From positions 5,766,001 to 5,830,000 of the forward strand of contig NC_043017.1 of assembly GCF_006345805.1 (NCBI RefSeq): a stretch of 64,000 nt of DNA, written 5' to 3'. Of the stretch, positions 1 to 14,202 are shown piece after piece; positions within the stretch are counted from its first letter, which is position 1; each line of letters begins with the position of its first letter. The position numbers were made by a program, and so were the translations under genes. Source of the DNA: Octopus sinensis (lineage: Eukaryota). The notes beneath the pieces were generated by a model. The model was not told the DNA's origin. It saw only the letters and a program-made list of their open reading frames with translations, and searched no databases.

Positions 1-899
1 TCCTTTCTCATATGTTGTTAACCAGAGTGAACGGCTCTGGTGACTGCTTCTGCAACCGCTAAAATCGCTAACGAGTAACGTTGAATTCACATTAAAAATA
101 TACATTAACACGGTCGAGACACGATGAAGACATGAATACTTCAAATTTAAAGCAGCAAATCATGAAAAAGAGACAAGTACACTCGAAACATTGCTTTTCA
201 CAAAATACTGGACATTAGTTCCACTTACTGGTTGACACAATAGAAAGATAAATCAAAATCACTGGTTGTAAACAAGAAGAAATGAAGAAATACCAAAATT
301 AAACTATAATCATGTTTTCAATTTCTCCTCCAATTCCCTGTATGTGTCTGTCCTTTTCTCTCTAACACACACACTCATGCAGACACACCAATATAAGTGT
401 GTGTCTGTGCCTGTTTATGTACGTATGTATATGTACATATATACATAGATAAATATAAATATATCTATGAGTACATATATATATATATATAATATATATA
501 TAACACCCACAGGCACGTACATACACAGCAGTATATACATACACATACAGCAGTAAAGACAGTGTAAAGCAGTCGGGTGAAATGACTTAACACAATCTGT
601 GTGTGTTAACAGTAAAATCACTACATCATATTCCTGTCTAGACACCTTCAAAGATCTTCTGCTATTGATCAAAGTTAATCGATATTTATTATTACCACCA
701 CACTCTATGTTTCACCCAGTTTCTCCTTGTTTTTATTTATTATTCTCTTTTTCCTTTTTAGATCTATTTCTTTCTTTTTCATTATTATTTTTATTATTAT
801 CTTTTTATATATTTTTTGTTTTGTTGTGTCTCTCTCGTTAGATTACGTGAACTTCTCTTCTTAGCTCCGGAGACAGATTCTACGTATAGCAAACTCACA

Positions 900-941
900 C
901 ACACATACATATATGCATACATACATACATACATACATACA

Positions 942-975
<34 letters not shown>

Positions 976-1045
976 CATACACACAGACTTATGTACATAC
1001 ATACAGACAACAAATATATATATATATATTTATTATATTATATAT

Positions 1046-1079
<34 letters not shown>

Positions 1080-1084
1080 ATATA

Positions 1085-1119
<35 letters not shown>

Positions 1120-1275
1120 TATATATATGTATGTGTGGTGTGTGTGTATATAACTGTACGTATGTATATAAATATGTTTGTGCGTATATATATATGTGTA
1201 TAAATATGCGTCTGTATATATCAGTGTATTATGTATATTACATATGCACACGCATAATCATAAATGTTCGTACGA

Positions 1276-1306
<31 letters not shown>

Positions 1307-1500
1307 TATATATATATATGCATAATTATATATGTATATACATACATAAATACATATGTACATACTTGCATGCATGCATACATACATACAAACAAACAAA
1401 CATACAAACAAACATACATACATATATCCATACATACATACATACATACATACATACATACATACATACATACATACATACATACATACATACATACATA
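900..1500. repeat. Compound (TACA)n/(TA)n microsatellite block
   Basis: Long perfect and interrupted TACA and TA runs; source of the YIHT/MYVC-type spurious ORFs. Confidence 0.95.
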
Positions 1501-3052
1501 CATTCCTAGCAACATACTATGATCATGGGAAATCTTTCCGATATTTTTTCTCTTCATTTTTTGTAAAGAAAATCACACGATTAATATTTGACCAGACTAT
1601 CTACACATTAGCTACACTTGACCTACTCTACATACGAACACACACGCACACACACGCACACACACACGCACACATACATAAGCATACGTGTAAACATTAA
1701 GCACTTAACTCTCACACATACACATCATGCACACATCACACCCGCATAACACACACATATGTCACACGCATCAGGCGCTCATCACACATTTCACATACAT
1801 ACACACTCCTCTTTCTCTCTCTCTCTTTTTTTCTCTCTCTCTCTTTCATGGCCTTTCTTTCTTTCTCTTTCTCCCCCCCCCTCTCCCTCTCTCTCTCGGA
1901 CACACGCACACACGCAGATACACATCATGCACTCATCACACGCATACGTCACGCACATTACAAACATGTCACACACATCAGGCGCTCATCTCTGTCTGCC
2001 TCCCTCCGTGTCTGTCTGTCTGTTTCTCTCTCTTTCTCTCTTTCCTTCTCTGTCTCTCTCTCTCTCTCTCACTCTCTCTCTCTTTCACATTCATTTTGTA
2101 ACTATCACACTACTTCACCTTTTCATTGTATATGTGTCTTCATCTCCTCTCACTCCCTCTCCGTCCCCCTCTCTCTGTCTTCCTCTCTGTCCCCCTCGGT
2201 ATCCTCCTCCAATCTTTCTAATGATCGGTTTCTTTTTTAGTCGGTCACTCTCTAACTTTTCTATCAGTGTACGTCTATATCTATTTGTCTGTAAGTCTGT
2301 CCGACTGACTGACTATTACCACGTGGTTATCTCTCACTCTCCTTATCTACATAAATTACCTTAAATTTAACTACGCATACACATATACACAAATAAACAC
2401 TTACGCACATACACATATATCTACAGACACAATTTTCTCTCCTCGTTTCTAACATCCTTGGACTCCGAATCCCACATTCCCTGTCTTACTAACACACAAA
2501 CCACACGTCCTATTCCTCTCACAGAACATATCTTACGATCCTTATCTAAAATCTTCTTTGCCATCTAGGCTACGCTCTCTCTCGAAGTAAACTTCACTTC
2601 GAGTGGTGGTGTCTGTGCATATGAAGATTCCACTTTTTCAGCCACGGACCTCTCTCACCTGAATATTAAAAACAACCGATTAGAGTGACTTTAGGTCACT
2701 CTTCTTCAAACTCAACCACCGGCCAACAACTTCTCAACCATATCTCTTCATGCGACGAGGATATATACCTCATTTCTGCATATCCTCAATTCAACAATAA
2801 CAACAATGCTATCACATTATCATTATTTACATTCATTATCATTACCATTAAGTTGACCTCGGCACTTGACTAGTAATTCATTTATTATCTACCATGGAAG
2901 AATAAATGGGGAAAAGTTGAAATCGTCGAGCATTGAACTCGGAAAGTAAGGAGTCATAATTAAACACCAAAAGACATTCAGGATATCCTTGTCAAATTTG
3001 TAAGCTTTCCATCAGAAATATCACATTATCAGTATTTTTTCTCTAAATCACT

Positions 3053-3287
3053 TATTTCTTTATTACCCACAAGGGGCTAAACATAGAGGGGACAAACAAG
3101 GACAGATATAGGTATTAAGTCTATTAGATCGACCCCAGTGCGTAACTGGTACTTAATTTATCGACCCCGAAAGGATGAAAGGCAAAGTCGACCTCGATGG
3201 AATTTGAACTCACAACGTAACGCAGACGAAATACGGCTAAGCATTTCGCCCGGCGTGCTAACGTTTCTGCCAGCTCGCCGCCTTATC
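3053..3287 (-). mobile_element. tRNA-derived SINE, family A, full length
   Basis: Minus strand begins ggcggcgagctggcagaaacgttagc, with B-box-like gagttcaaattcc. 14-bp target-site duplication ttctctaaatcact at 3039-3052 and 3288-3301. Many similar copies in the window. Confidence 0.92.
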
Positions 3288-3684
3288 TTCTCTAAATCAC
3301 TGTCTGTGCCATGACATCAAACTACGAACGCGCCGACACACAAACGCATACACAAGCCCCACAGAAATTAGCAATATATCTGGTTCCTATGTTTTAAAGC
3401 ACTGCAATAACAATATGTTTTCTTCACTGCCACACCACTATCTCTGAGCATGCGACTACGAATCAATATTAACTCGGTCACCAGTGGCACCCAGAAGTCA
3501 ACTTTATAACAAACTTTAACTGCACTTCACTATCTTACCACTATCTTACTACAGTCGACTTCAAATGCAAGCATTGACTATCCTTCACTACCACACCTCA
3601 GTCTTATAAAGTCAGCCTCACAACCATATATTAAACCAGTCTTCACTAGTCCATTACTGCCTCATGTCAGTTAACCTTACAGCA

Positions 3685-3808
3685 TTGGTTTCAATTTTGG
3701 CACAAGGCCAGCAATTTCGAGGTTGTGTGCAAGTCGAGTACATCAATCCCAGTGTTCAATAGGTACTTATTTTATCGACTCAGAAGGAATGAAAGGCAAA
3801 GTCGACCT
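3685..3808 (-). mobile_element. SINE family A, 3' fragment
   Basis: Matches the aggtcgactttgcctttcat...aagtacc core and the ggccttgtgccaaaattgaaacc tail variant. Confidence 0.75.
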
Positions 3809-4671
3809 TAACGAGTCAACCTCACAAAATTAATGACTCTTTACCTACCCACTACTCTCACACAACAGTCGGTCTCGCAACCACATATTAATCAACACTC
3901 ACTACCCAGTCGATTTCACAATCGCCACTAACTATCCATCTTTACCTCACTACTGACTCACATCAGTCAACCTCGAAACCACACAATAACCACCCTTCAT
4001 GATCCTACAACAGTCTCACAACAGTCCTAAACCAGCACATTGACCACTATTCTTTTTCTTTCATTGTGCCGACATTCATATAGCTATTGCAACTACAATA
4101 ATAGCCGTAATTAGAGCCAGCTAACATTGTAATGCCAAAATGGACAAACATGCACATACTCTTCATCTTCCTCCATATTCTTTACCGTTTCCTTGTGAAT
4201 CTTGGGAAATGTACATCGTTTACTCACCGAACCCGACAAGGCTCGTTCGCTTGATTTTGAAGATTCAAAAGTTTTAAAGATTCAAAAGTTTGTAGAATAT
4301 TTGGTATTCTAAAAATATATCCAGCCAGATACACACACACAAACTCACACACAAATGCGTGCACACACACATACACACACTCTTAGAAAATGGGATGGAA
4401 TGCCTTTACTTATACTGGCATTCCGTCAGTTGCGACAACGAGGCTGCCAGTTAATCCGATATAATGCATATACATTACATATATAATGCATACTTATATT
4501 CCGTCCACTTCGTGACGAAGGCCTCAGCATATTCTCTCTACCAACCACGGCTCAAGGTGGATGCTTCGAATGTGAGCTTGAGATCATTACTGGTTTGTTG
4601 TGCCTACTCTGCTACACTGGTTTGACATGGTTTGGCAGACGGATGCAGTTTTTGTACTCTAAACCAGGAGT

Positions 4672-4836
4672 AGTTAAGTCGATTACATTAATTCCAGTGC
4701 TCAACTGGTACTTGTTTTATCGACCCCGAAGGATGAAAAGTTGACCTCGGTGGAATTTGAACTCAGAATGTAATGACGGACGAAATACTGCTAAGCATTT
4801 CACCCGACGTGCTAACGATTCTGCCAGCTCGGCACC
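4672..4836 (-). mobile_element. SINE family A
   Basis: Aligns with 3053-3287 from the head through the core. Confidence 0.85.
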
Positions 4837-6219
4837 TTATATATATATTACATATAGAATGCAAAAACACCCTTCAATCTGCAATAATTAATAGAATAGA
4901 AATAAAATAAAAAATTTCTTTCCGTACGGCCCGGTATCAAATGATTCACAGCCCAGTGACCGGAGACACCTGCTTTATAAGACATCAAAAGTGTCCTTCA
5001 GAACGTTATCCAAAGTGACTTTTATAAGACGTTAAGGAGTACTATTTCTAGCACGCCGAATGACTATGTACAGGCTCCTTTGTTTATTCATTGCAACGTA
5101 GTTATTATGGTGAAGTTCAAATGTAGCTCTGTGGACAGCGGTAACAATTCTATATTGATATATGTTTCACTTGCTTGTAATGTTGGACAGAAATCCTATG
5201 ACAGGTTTTCTTGCTGGAAGAAAAGATGTGCTCCACTAGTCTGACCGCCCTACATATAACAACATAGTGTCAAGGTTTTCGAGTGACACCTCTACGACCC
5301 AATAATTTATATAACTCACTTTACATTCTCTGGTTGACAGAACATCTTTTCACTTGGCTGCATTTCGCTTGAATCGAAACACACACACTCAACTTCAAAC
5401 GACTTCCTTCAAGCTATTAAACTAAAAATGGAAAGGAAAAAAATAGAATACTTTTATTTCTTTAGTAAATTGCCTGGGAGGTATTACAGCCTTTTATTTT
5501 TATCCTATTCAAGATTGAAATGGCTTTGTAGATTGCTTCACTGACGTCAAAAAACTTCCGTTCATTAATCCAGTCGATTTTAAAATTGAAAAGTGAAGAT
5601 ATTGTTGAAAATGTCATATTTTTATGTCAATTTTCTCAATATTGTTTTTATTTTTTTATGTTTTGCTAAGAAGAGTGATAAAGAGTTCATTTATGAAACC
5701 TCCAAACTCTCAGAGGTCAGTATGACATGACAAAATGCAGCAGCAGATCTCTGTCGTACGAAAATATTGGGGAAGATATAAGATGAAGCAAGAGAGAGGA
5801 AGATGGGAAAATAATACACACACACACGAGTCCGTCAAAATTAATCACCTTTTTATGTATGTATGTATGTATGTATGTATATATGTATGCATGTATGCAT
5901 GTTCTCTTCTCTTTTTAATTACGTAAATTCTTCCACTGAGAAAGGAACTGGTTTCTACCAAAAATACAAAGCTCCATCCTTGGAATGTAGATAATGAAAA
6001 CAATGTTACATTTCAAATACGAGAAACGTCTTGCGCACTTTTGTTGTTCCACTTACAGATTGCATTTGTAATATGCGAGTCAGTTGGTTGATTTCCTTTT
6101 CTGAAAATCGAAGTTTATCCAATGTATGTATGTATGTATGTATGTATGTATGGATGGATGGATGGATGTGTGTGTAAACACACAGACGCACAACATATAC
6201 ACTTTTTCTCTCTCTCCCT

Positions 6220-6376
6220 CGCACACATGCCCCCACACGCACTCCACATGCCCCCACACGTACCCCCACACAGACACCCCCCATATACACACCCCACATG
6301 CCCCACACACACGCCCCCACTACCACCACACACACAGCCCCCCCCATGCCCCACACATACACCCCCACGCCCCCCA
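6220..6376. repeat. C-rich degenerate minisatellite (ccccacac-like units)
   Basis: More than ten C4-C7 runs separated by ACAC-type spacers. Confidence 0.8.
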
Positions 6377-6817
6377 ATACGGGATCGATAAAATAAGTAC
6401 TAGTTGAGGACTGACTTTCATGTAATCATAACTGCTGGCCTTGTGCCAAAACTTGAAACCTGTTGTAACTTGCATGATAAAGACAAAACTGAGTAAACGG
6501 AAATAACTCGGAGTGGTCAGTGACAAAAATTTCGTTAACAAAGACAGGCGCGCGCACACACATGCACACAGAGGTTTATGTATGTGTGTGTGTGTGTATA
6601 ATATGAGTGTATGTATGTGCATATATATAGTATTGTATTTACTCATGTATAACTTACCCTCCCCACCAATTTAGTGTTACCTCTAGGTTACCTTTTGCAT
6701 TTATATTTAAACTTGATATCAGCTTTACTCCGTGCATAAGTCGGATCCAAGCTTTCTTCTGTTAAAATCAAGTCTAGAATAGTGCAATTTATACACTAGT
6801 AAAACAGTACACACACT

Positions 6818-6853
<36 letters not shown>

Positions 6854-6866
6854 ACACACACACATA

Positions 6867-7231
6867 CAGGGGTGGCTGTGTGATTAGAAGCTTGCTTCCC
6901 AACCACTCGGGGTTCAGTCCCACTGCGGGGCACCTTGGACAAGTGACTTCTACTGTAGCCTCGCATCGACCAAAGCCTTGTGAGTTGATTTGGTAGACGG
7001 AAAATGAAAGAAGCCCGTCGTATATATATATAGTATGTATTTGTGTGTCCCCCACCATTGCTTGACAACCGATGTTGGTGCTTTTACGTCCCCGCAACTT
7101 AGCAGTTCGGCAAAAATGACCGATAGAATAAGTTCTAGGCTTAAAAAGAATAAGTCCTGGGGTCGATTTATTCGACTAAAACGCGGTACTCCACCATGGG
7201 CGCAGTCAAATACCTGAAATAAGTAAAAGAG
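6867..7231 (+). mobile_element. tRNA-derived SINE, family B
   Basis: Head gtggctgtgtgattagaagc...ggggttcagtccc, core cttggacaagtgacttctac, internal TA/TG tract, tail gactaaaacgcggtactcc...gaaataagtaaaagag. Multiple copies in the window. Confidence 0.9.
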
Positions 7232-7791
7232 TAACAAAAGAGGAAAAGAGTATATATATACACACATATATATGCATGCATGTAAATATGTATGTGTGTG
7301 TGGTCTTGTGTAGCTGTTTTCCCCTTCTTTTTATCTTTATCCTTCTCTTGTATAAACAAAACCTGACTAGTGTCACCATTCAGTACCAATCACTGATGAA
7401 GTAAAGTGTTACAATACTTTCTTCGCCCGGATTGCATAACCCCGCCGTAATATTCACTGAAACACATGTAAGATGTTAAATAGCTTATGAACCCAATCCC
7501 GTTTTGTTTTTTTCCTCTCTAATCTGTGATATTTGAAAGTATGGGAATCAGTGGAAATTTGGTCTGTTATACAGCAATTCTCTTTTCTCTTCCTGTGTAT
7601 AAAGATGCATACGGAGATCTAGATATCCATTATATGCCATGCAATTTAAATCATACTAAATTATATATAAGCATGTATGTATTTGTACGTATTTATACAC
7701 CTCTACGAATATACGCGCGCACATACAACACACACACACACATACAGCACTCACACTTACACACACACATACAGCACTCACACTTACACAC

Positions 7792-7833
<42 letters not shown>

Positions 7834-7928
7834 CATATTCACCGGGAAATTTCGAAGTTAGAGCAACCGACCACTTCCATTGTGAAAAGAGACAACTAAA
7901 TTTGTTTTGAGCGTTTCACTGATTGCAC

Positions 7929-7975
<47 letters not shown>

Positions 7976-8354
7976 GTGTGTGGTGTGTGTGTGTGAATGT
8001 GTGTGCGACTGTATGTGTATGCATGCGTGTGTGTGTGTGTGTGTATGCAGGTTTTACTTTATAGTACAGTTTAGTTTTCTTGAAAATGAGAGACCTCACC
8101 TCTAGTCTCAACAAAAACAGTTAAAATTGAGAGAGGAAGTGTGACCAGGAAAAGGTGTTTGATGTGTAATAGACTGCTGTTTTTTCTAAAAAATGGAAAA
8201 TCGACACAGAAAGGGAGAAAGTAAATCTACGAGATTGAAAGAGCATAGGCAGATAGTTATAAAGGCAAAGTGACAGATAGGGAAGTATACAAACACATTG
8301 TTATTTATTTATTTATTTTATTTATTTACAGCGATTTACAGGATTTAAAGATTT

Positions 8355-8649
8355 AGGTAGGTAGGTAGATAGATAGATAGAGAGAGAAAGAGAGACAGAC
8401 AGACGGACAGACAGACAAAGTCAGACAAGGTCAAACAGACAGAAAGACAAAGACCGACAGATAGGTAGGTAGGTAGGTAGGTAGGTACATAGGTAGGTAG
8501 ATAGATAGAGATAGATAGAGAGAGAGAGAGAGAGAGACACACACGCAGACAGACAGACAGATAGATAGATAGATAGATAGATAGACAGAGAGACACACAG
8601 ACAGATAGATAGATAGACAGACAGACAGACAAGCAGATAGATAGATGGG

Positions 8650-8681
<32 letters not shown>

Positions 8682-8685
8682 TAGA

Positions 8686-8765
<80 letters not shown>

Positions 8766-8766
8766 C

Positions 8767-8798
<32 letters not shown>

Positions 8799-8800
8799 GG
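8355..8800. repeat. (AGAT/AGAC/AGGT)n tetranucleotide array
   Basis: Direct reading of the sequence. Confidence 0.95.
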
Positions 8801-9177
8801 ATGGATTGGAGTGTGGTGAAACGAAAGTAAGGCACGCGGAAGAATTATAGCAGAAGATATGGAACGAAGAACAGTGGTGATGGTACGGATTGGTGGTGGT
8901 GATGGTGATGGCGGCGGCGGTGGTGGTGGTGGTAGTGGGAGTAGTAGTAGTAATAGTAGTAAGTTATGAAGATTTGTCGTTGTATTAGTGTTTCGATGTG
9001 GGTTAGTAGAGCGCGCGCGTACGTGTATGTGTGTGTGTGTGTGTGAGAGAGAGAGAGTGTGTGTGTGTGTACGTGCGTGCGTATGTGTATGTTTTGTATG
9101 GTGATGGTGACGATGCATGGTATTCGCTATAGAGGTAAGTATTGTCAGTAGGCTGCCATTAATACCGTTTACACTTC

Positions 9178-9522
9178 TACCACCACCGCCACCACCACCA
9201 TTATCATTACCACCGCCATCACCTCTACCTCCACCACCACCACCACCATCACCTCAACTCCAACAATTCCACGTTATTTTTTTACCATCCGCTATCTCCA
9301 ATCATCACTACCATTGTTCCAGCACCACCGTCGTTAACATCATCTTCACCACCAACACCACCACCACCCCCACCATCATCATCACCATCATCATTATCAT
9401 CATCATCACCACCACCACCACCATCATCATCATCACCACCACACCATCATCATCATCATCATCATTACATCATCAATCATCAACACCACCCCCACCACCA
9501 TCACATCATCATCATCATCATC

Positions 9523-9568
<46 letters not shown>

Positions 9569-9675
9569 CCACCACCACCATCATCATCATCACCACCACC
9601 ATCATCATCATCATCATCATCATCATCACCACCACCACCATCATCATCATCTCTCATCATCATCATCATCACACC

Positions 9676-9709
<34 letters not shown>

Positions 9710-9710
9710 T

Positions 9711-9757
<47 letters not shown>

Positions 9758-9779
9758 CCACCACCACCATCATCATCAT

Positions 9780-9811
<32 letters not shown>

Positions 9812-9812
9812 T

Positions 9813-9844
<32 letters not shown>

Positions 9845-9861
9845 TTATCATCATCATCACT

Positions 9862-9892
<31 letters not shown>

Positions 9893-9909
9893 TCATCACC
9901 ACCACCACC

Positions 9910-9941
<32 letters not shown>

Positions 9942-9942
9942 T
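9178..9942. repeat. (CAC/CAT)n trinucleotide array
   Basis: About 760 bp of CAC/CAT units; explains the poly-His ORF 9117..10007. Confidence 0.95.
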
Positions 9943-10036
9943 TTATCAGCCACAACAGCGGCAACAGCAGCAGTAGCAGCAGCTGTACCGTATATTTCTT
10001 TTTTTAACATACATAATTAGTGTGCGCTTAGGTGTG

Positions 10037-10079
10037 AAAGTAGGTCAGTCGGTTAGTCAGCCTCTGGAATGTAGGTCAC
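10037..10079 (+). promoter_or_regulatory. Candidate tandem ROR/Rev-erb response elements, copy 1
   Basis: AAAGTAGGTCA (10037-10047) and AATGTAGGTCA (10068-10078) both match WAWNTRGGTCA. The island recurs at 13464-13506. Function is inferred only. Confidence 0.45.
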
Positions 10080-10610
10080 ACATACATGCATACATACTTA
10101 CATACATACATACACACATACATACATACATACATACATGTATACGTGAGCAGCTAAATACATATTTTGTTGTTCTTTTGAAAGAACAGACAGGCATTAG
10201 ATGTGGTGTATCGTGCTGTGTGTATATATGGTGTATATGTGCGTATTTTGTTATTTCTATGTGTATTTTATAGCTATCTTTGTTGTGCGTGTATGAGTCT
10301 ACGTGTGTTATCTCTATGCGCGCGCTTGTGTCTATGCGAGTATTATTATATATATATATATATATACATCCATATAATATATTATATATACACACACACA
10401 TGCATATATTTTGTGTGTGCGTGCGTGGTGTGTGTGTGTATGTGTGTGTTTGTGTGTGTGTGTGCGCGCGTACGAGCGTATTTGTGGATCCGAGTGTATG
10501 TCATGTATGTTTGTAATAATATATTTGTATATATCTCATCTTTATATAATTATATACACACAAGCTTATATATATATATAGAGAGAGAGAGAGATCACAC
10601 AAAACACAGT

Positions 10611-10642
<32 letters not shown>

Positions 10643-10645
<3 letters not shown>

Positions 10646-10802
10646 GGGTTTGTTTCAGTTTCCGTCTACAAAATCCCCCCACAAGACATAGGTCGGCTCT
10701 GAGCTGTATTAGAAGAAGCTTGTTCCAGGTGACGCGCAGTGAGACTGAACCCTGAACTATGAGATCGGGAAGTAAACTTCTTACCACACAGCCACGCCTG
10801 CA
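10643..10802 (-). mobile_element. SINE family B, 5' half
   Basis: Reverse complement of the family B head and core up to gacggaaactgaaa. Confidence 0.85.
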
Positions 10803-10974
10803 TCTCTCTATATATTCGGAAGTATTCCTTGCTGCCAATTTATTCCCTGACATACTTCCATGAGAAACAAGGTGTTTTTGGTTGGATTCAGTTTTTTAAT
10901 AAACAGACACACTCACTCACATGCTTATATGACACTATATTAACTTTAACGTATTGTAATTCAATTCTCTACTG

Positions 10975-11160
10975 TTTTCATCCTTTCGAGGTCGATGAAA
11001 TAAAGTACCAGTTGAGTGCTGATGTCGATGTCATCGATTGGCTGCTTTCCCCAGAATTTCGGACGTTCTGCCTATAGTAGAAAGAATTAGGGCTTTAAAA
11101 ATATCATTGGTACGGCGGTGAGCTAGAGGAATCGTTAGCTCGCCGGGGAAAATGCTTAGG
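10975..11160 (+). mobile_element. Two SINE family A fragments (3' part 10975-11088; head 11113-11160)
   Basis: Degenerate matches to the family A core/tail and head. Confidence 0.65.
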
Positions 11161-11164
11161 GCCA

Positions 11165-11822
11165 TGCTCTTACCAATTGTTGGAACATTCTAACCCATAC
11201 ATCTTGAACAATTCCCGGTGTAATTACACTGCCACATTGTCATGGCGTTTTTGTACTCCTTTTGGGCCAGGTACGAGCATCCACCTGTCGCAGATGATTT
11301 TCCACATAGTCACCCCAAATGTAACACTGATATCTTAGCAATGCTACACTTGATTTGAGTTGGTTCGTAAAGCTTGTTCTTGCGCAGCAAGAATCAGTCC
11401 TATTTCCTTCTTTAAAAAAAACATATCTCAGCCATCTCCTTCATTCTAAATCAGATTCATCTAAACTTTCCGTTTAGGACTTTCTCTTCCAGTTGATTTT
11501 TACTCCTCATATTATATGAAACCTGGTGGGTTTCCTAACTGTGACTGATTACCTTCTCACTCGGTGCAGCCTGCAGTATTCTTTCATCACTATTTCTCAT
11601 GTAAGGACTTCAATTCCTTCATGACACTATCCACTATTCCAACCAATCCTCTTCCAACTTCTTTCCCAAGCAAGTAAATCCCCGTTACGTTACTTCTAGT
11701 ATGAGGGCACTCAAGCATAGCAATTATCTTCCTAGTTGTATTATCCATGTCGACCAGTTCTTTCTTTGTCCATTTCATAACGTACCACACCTAAAGCCGA
11801 AGCGTTGATCCCTTTAATCAGG
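11165..11822 (-). mobile_element. Degenerate RLE-type non-LTR retrotransposon fragment (RT thumb to CCHC region)
   Basis: ORF 11590..11790 KWTKKELVDMDNTTRKIIAML..HTRSNVTGIYLLGKEVGRGL resembles the thumb motif W..EL..+DRKTRK..HPKSDV.RLYLPRK.GGRGL. Downstream, broken frames give a KRHDNVA-like motif. Confidence 0.8.
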
Positions 11823-11854
11823 TCCCAACATTTAGCTTGAATCTACATAACTTT

Positions 11855-12203
<349 letters not shown>

Positions 12204-12204
12204 T

Positions 12205-12873
12205 TTCTCTTTATCTTAGGCTTATTGGAGCTCCTCGAGTCTTGCATGCGGAGCGGGCTTGCTACCTGCAGCCTACGGTTCCATGCTATCCGTTCTTTAC
12301 AGCTCTCTAATACTTTCCTGATTATTCTGACTGTGCCAAGGAGGCAAGCCTCTTGCAACAGTTCTACTGGGCACTCTATTCCAATTTCCTTTATATTCCT
12401 CTTGATACCTTCAGATACTGTTCCCAAGGGCCCAACAATAATTGACACTATCTTCACCTTCCTCATTTTCCATCGTCGGGCTATTTCGTACTTAAGATCT
12501 ATCTATCTTTTCGCCTTCCTTCTTCACTATTCGTGGGTCAAGGGAGCATGCAACATCAACTGTATAGCACATGTGGTGCACCTTGTCCACCATCTCTGGG
12601 TCCGGTCTGTTATGCTCTAGCACCTGATCTGTTTGGATTGGAAAATCCCAGAGGATTTTGCTAGTCTCCGACTCCGCCACTCTCGGTGGTTTGTCCTCAT
12701 ACCACGCCTTGCCTCTCTCTAGCCCCCACCCCCACTTTTCACACAGTTTCCAATGAAGCCCTTTCTCTACTTGATCGTGTCGCCACAACTTGTAGTAGTT
12801 TTGGGCAAGTCTAGGGCATTTGTTCGTGATATGGGCAATGGTTTCATCCACTCTATTGCAGATGCGGCACAGG
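12205..12873 (-). mobile_element. RLE-type (R4/Dong/NeSL-like) non-LTR retrotransposon 3' end
   Basis: [16 protein letters not shown] zinc knuckle, RHD, ILWDFPIQTD..HNRPD..VDVAC restriction-like endonuclease motif, then VKIVSIIVGPLG..LLGTVRIIRKVLE (ORFs 12492..13028 and 12140..12466). Frameshifted. Confidence 0.92.
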
Positions 12874-12951
12874 TGTATGTGTGTGTAAGAATGTGTGTGT
12901 GTGCATACGTTCATGTATATATTCTTGCATATATTCATGTATATATACATA

Positions 12952-12982
<31 letters not shown>

Positions 12983-13124
12983 TTGTGTGTGTACGTGTGC
13001 GTGTGCATATGTGTTTTAGCGAAGTCATGGTTGATACTGGAGGGAGGACTGCTTATTCGCTAACAATGTATCGTCAATTTCTAAAGAATTGTCAGCAGAC
13101 ATCCAGTAATGCCATTTCACACCA

Positions 13125-13385
13125 ATTCTACCATTAATGCAGTCACACCACCAACCATCACCACCAGCAATCTTACTATCATATACTTTCGTGAATCTCA
13201 TCAATATCTCCTCGTCTTCATCATTATTGTCATCGTCATCGTTGTGGTCGTCGTCTTCGTCATCGTTGTCATCATCATCATCATCATCATTATGATCATC
13301 AACATCATCACCATCATCATCGTCATTATCATTATCATTATCATTATCATCATCATCATCATCTGCAGCAGCAGCAGCAGCAGCC
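13125..13385. repeat. (CAT/CGT/CAG)n trinucleotide array
   Basis: Direct reading. Confidence 0.9.
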
Positions 13386-13463
13386 TCTAATAGCTGTAGC
13401 GAGAAGAAAAACAAAAGCTGTGCCTCATATTTTTGTTTAATATAATTAGTGTCAGTTTGTGAC

Positions 13464-13506
13464 AAAGTAGGTCAGTCGGTTAGTCAGCCTCCGGAATGTA
13501 GGTCAC
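13464..13506 (+). promoter_or_regulatory. Candidate tandem ROR/Rev-erb response elements, copy 2
   Basis: AAAGTAGGTCA (13464-13474) and AATGTAGGTCA (13495-13505); one substitution relative to 10037-10079. Confidence 0.45.
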
Positions 13507-13533
13507 GCACGCATAAACAAGCAGACACACTCA

Positions 13534-13565
<32 letters not shown>

Positions 13566-13994
13566 TTCACACTTACACGCACACACATACACACACAAGC
13601 ACATACATACACACACGCAGCTCTTTTGACAAGATTGGAAGACAATAAACCGTTTGTATATACGGTTGTAGTCTATTTATACATATGGTGTGTTAGCCGA
13701 CATGTGACCTGTGTGCACAGGAATATATCTGACTGTCCATTCTCTTTCTTTCTATGTCCCTCTTTCTAAACAGGCACCTACATACATCCCCATATTTGTA
13801 CGTGTGTGTATATATGCGTGTATTTACGTACTTACGTATGTATGTATGTACGCATGTATGTATGTGTGTGTATGTATATATTTTTATTTTTATTTTATCT
13901 AGTTTCAGCTCACGAGCTGTATATATATGCTCTCTTGTTTTTAAAAACATTTTCCTCCATTTTTACCACTTCCGTCTTTTTAGTATGTGAACTC

Positions 13995-14188
13995 GTGAAT
14001 ACCACCGGCGATTTTTTTTCCTCTGTCCTCCCGTCTCGGGATCTTTCCTTCTCCCATGTTTCCGACGAAGAGCTCCGCTCGAAACGTCAAACCCTCCTTC
14101 TTCCCTTCTTTCCTGAGCGTACAATAATACTTTATTTGTTCCACATCCTTGCGTTGTTGTCTTTTTGTTTTCTTGTTTGGATTAACTA
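13995..14188 (+). mobile_element. Short hammerhead-bearing element (Penelope-like remnant, family P1a)
   Basis: Aligns with 27998-28205 in the opposite orientation, contains a hammerhead motif, and ends tttggattaac at a (TA)n tract. Confidence 0.7.
14058..14092 (+). ncRNA. Minimal type I hammerhead ribozyme motif (U4C variant)
   Basis: gttt CCGACGA a GAGC-tcc-GCTC GAAAC GTC aaac: helix I 4 bp, helix II 4 bp, palindromic AC/GU helix III, GUC triplet. Confidence 0.65.
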
Positions 14189-14202
14189 TATATATATATA
14201 TA

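Noticed and set aside
7395-7432. CTGATGA followed by a hairpin
   Set aside because: No GAAA or cleavage triplet follows the stem.
9117-10007. 296-aa poly-Pro/His ORF
   Set aside because: Translation of a (CAC/CAT)n microsatellite with no domain or splice support. The same applies to the many YIHT, MYVC, THTH and LSLS ORFs.
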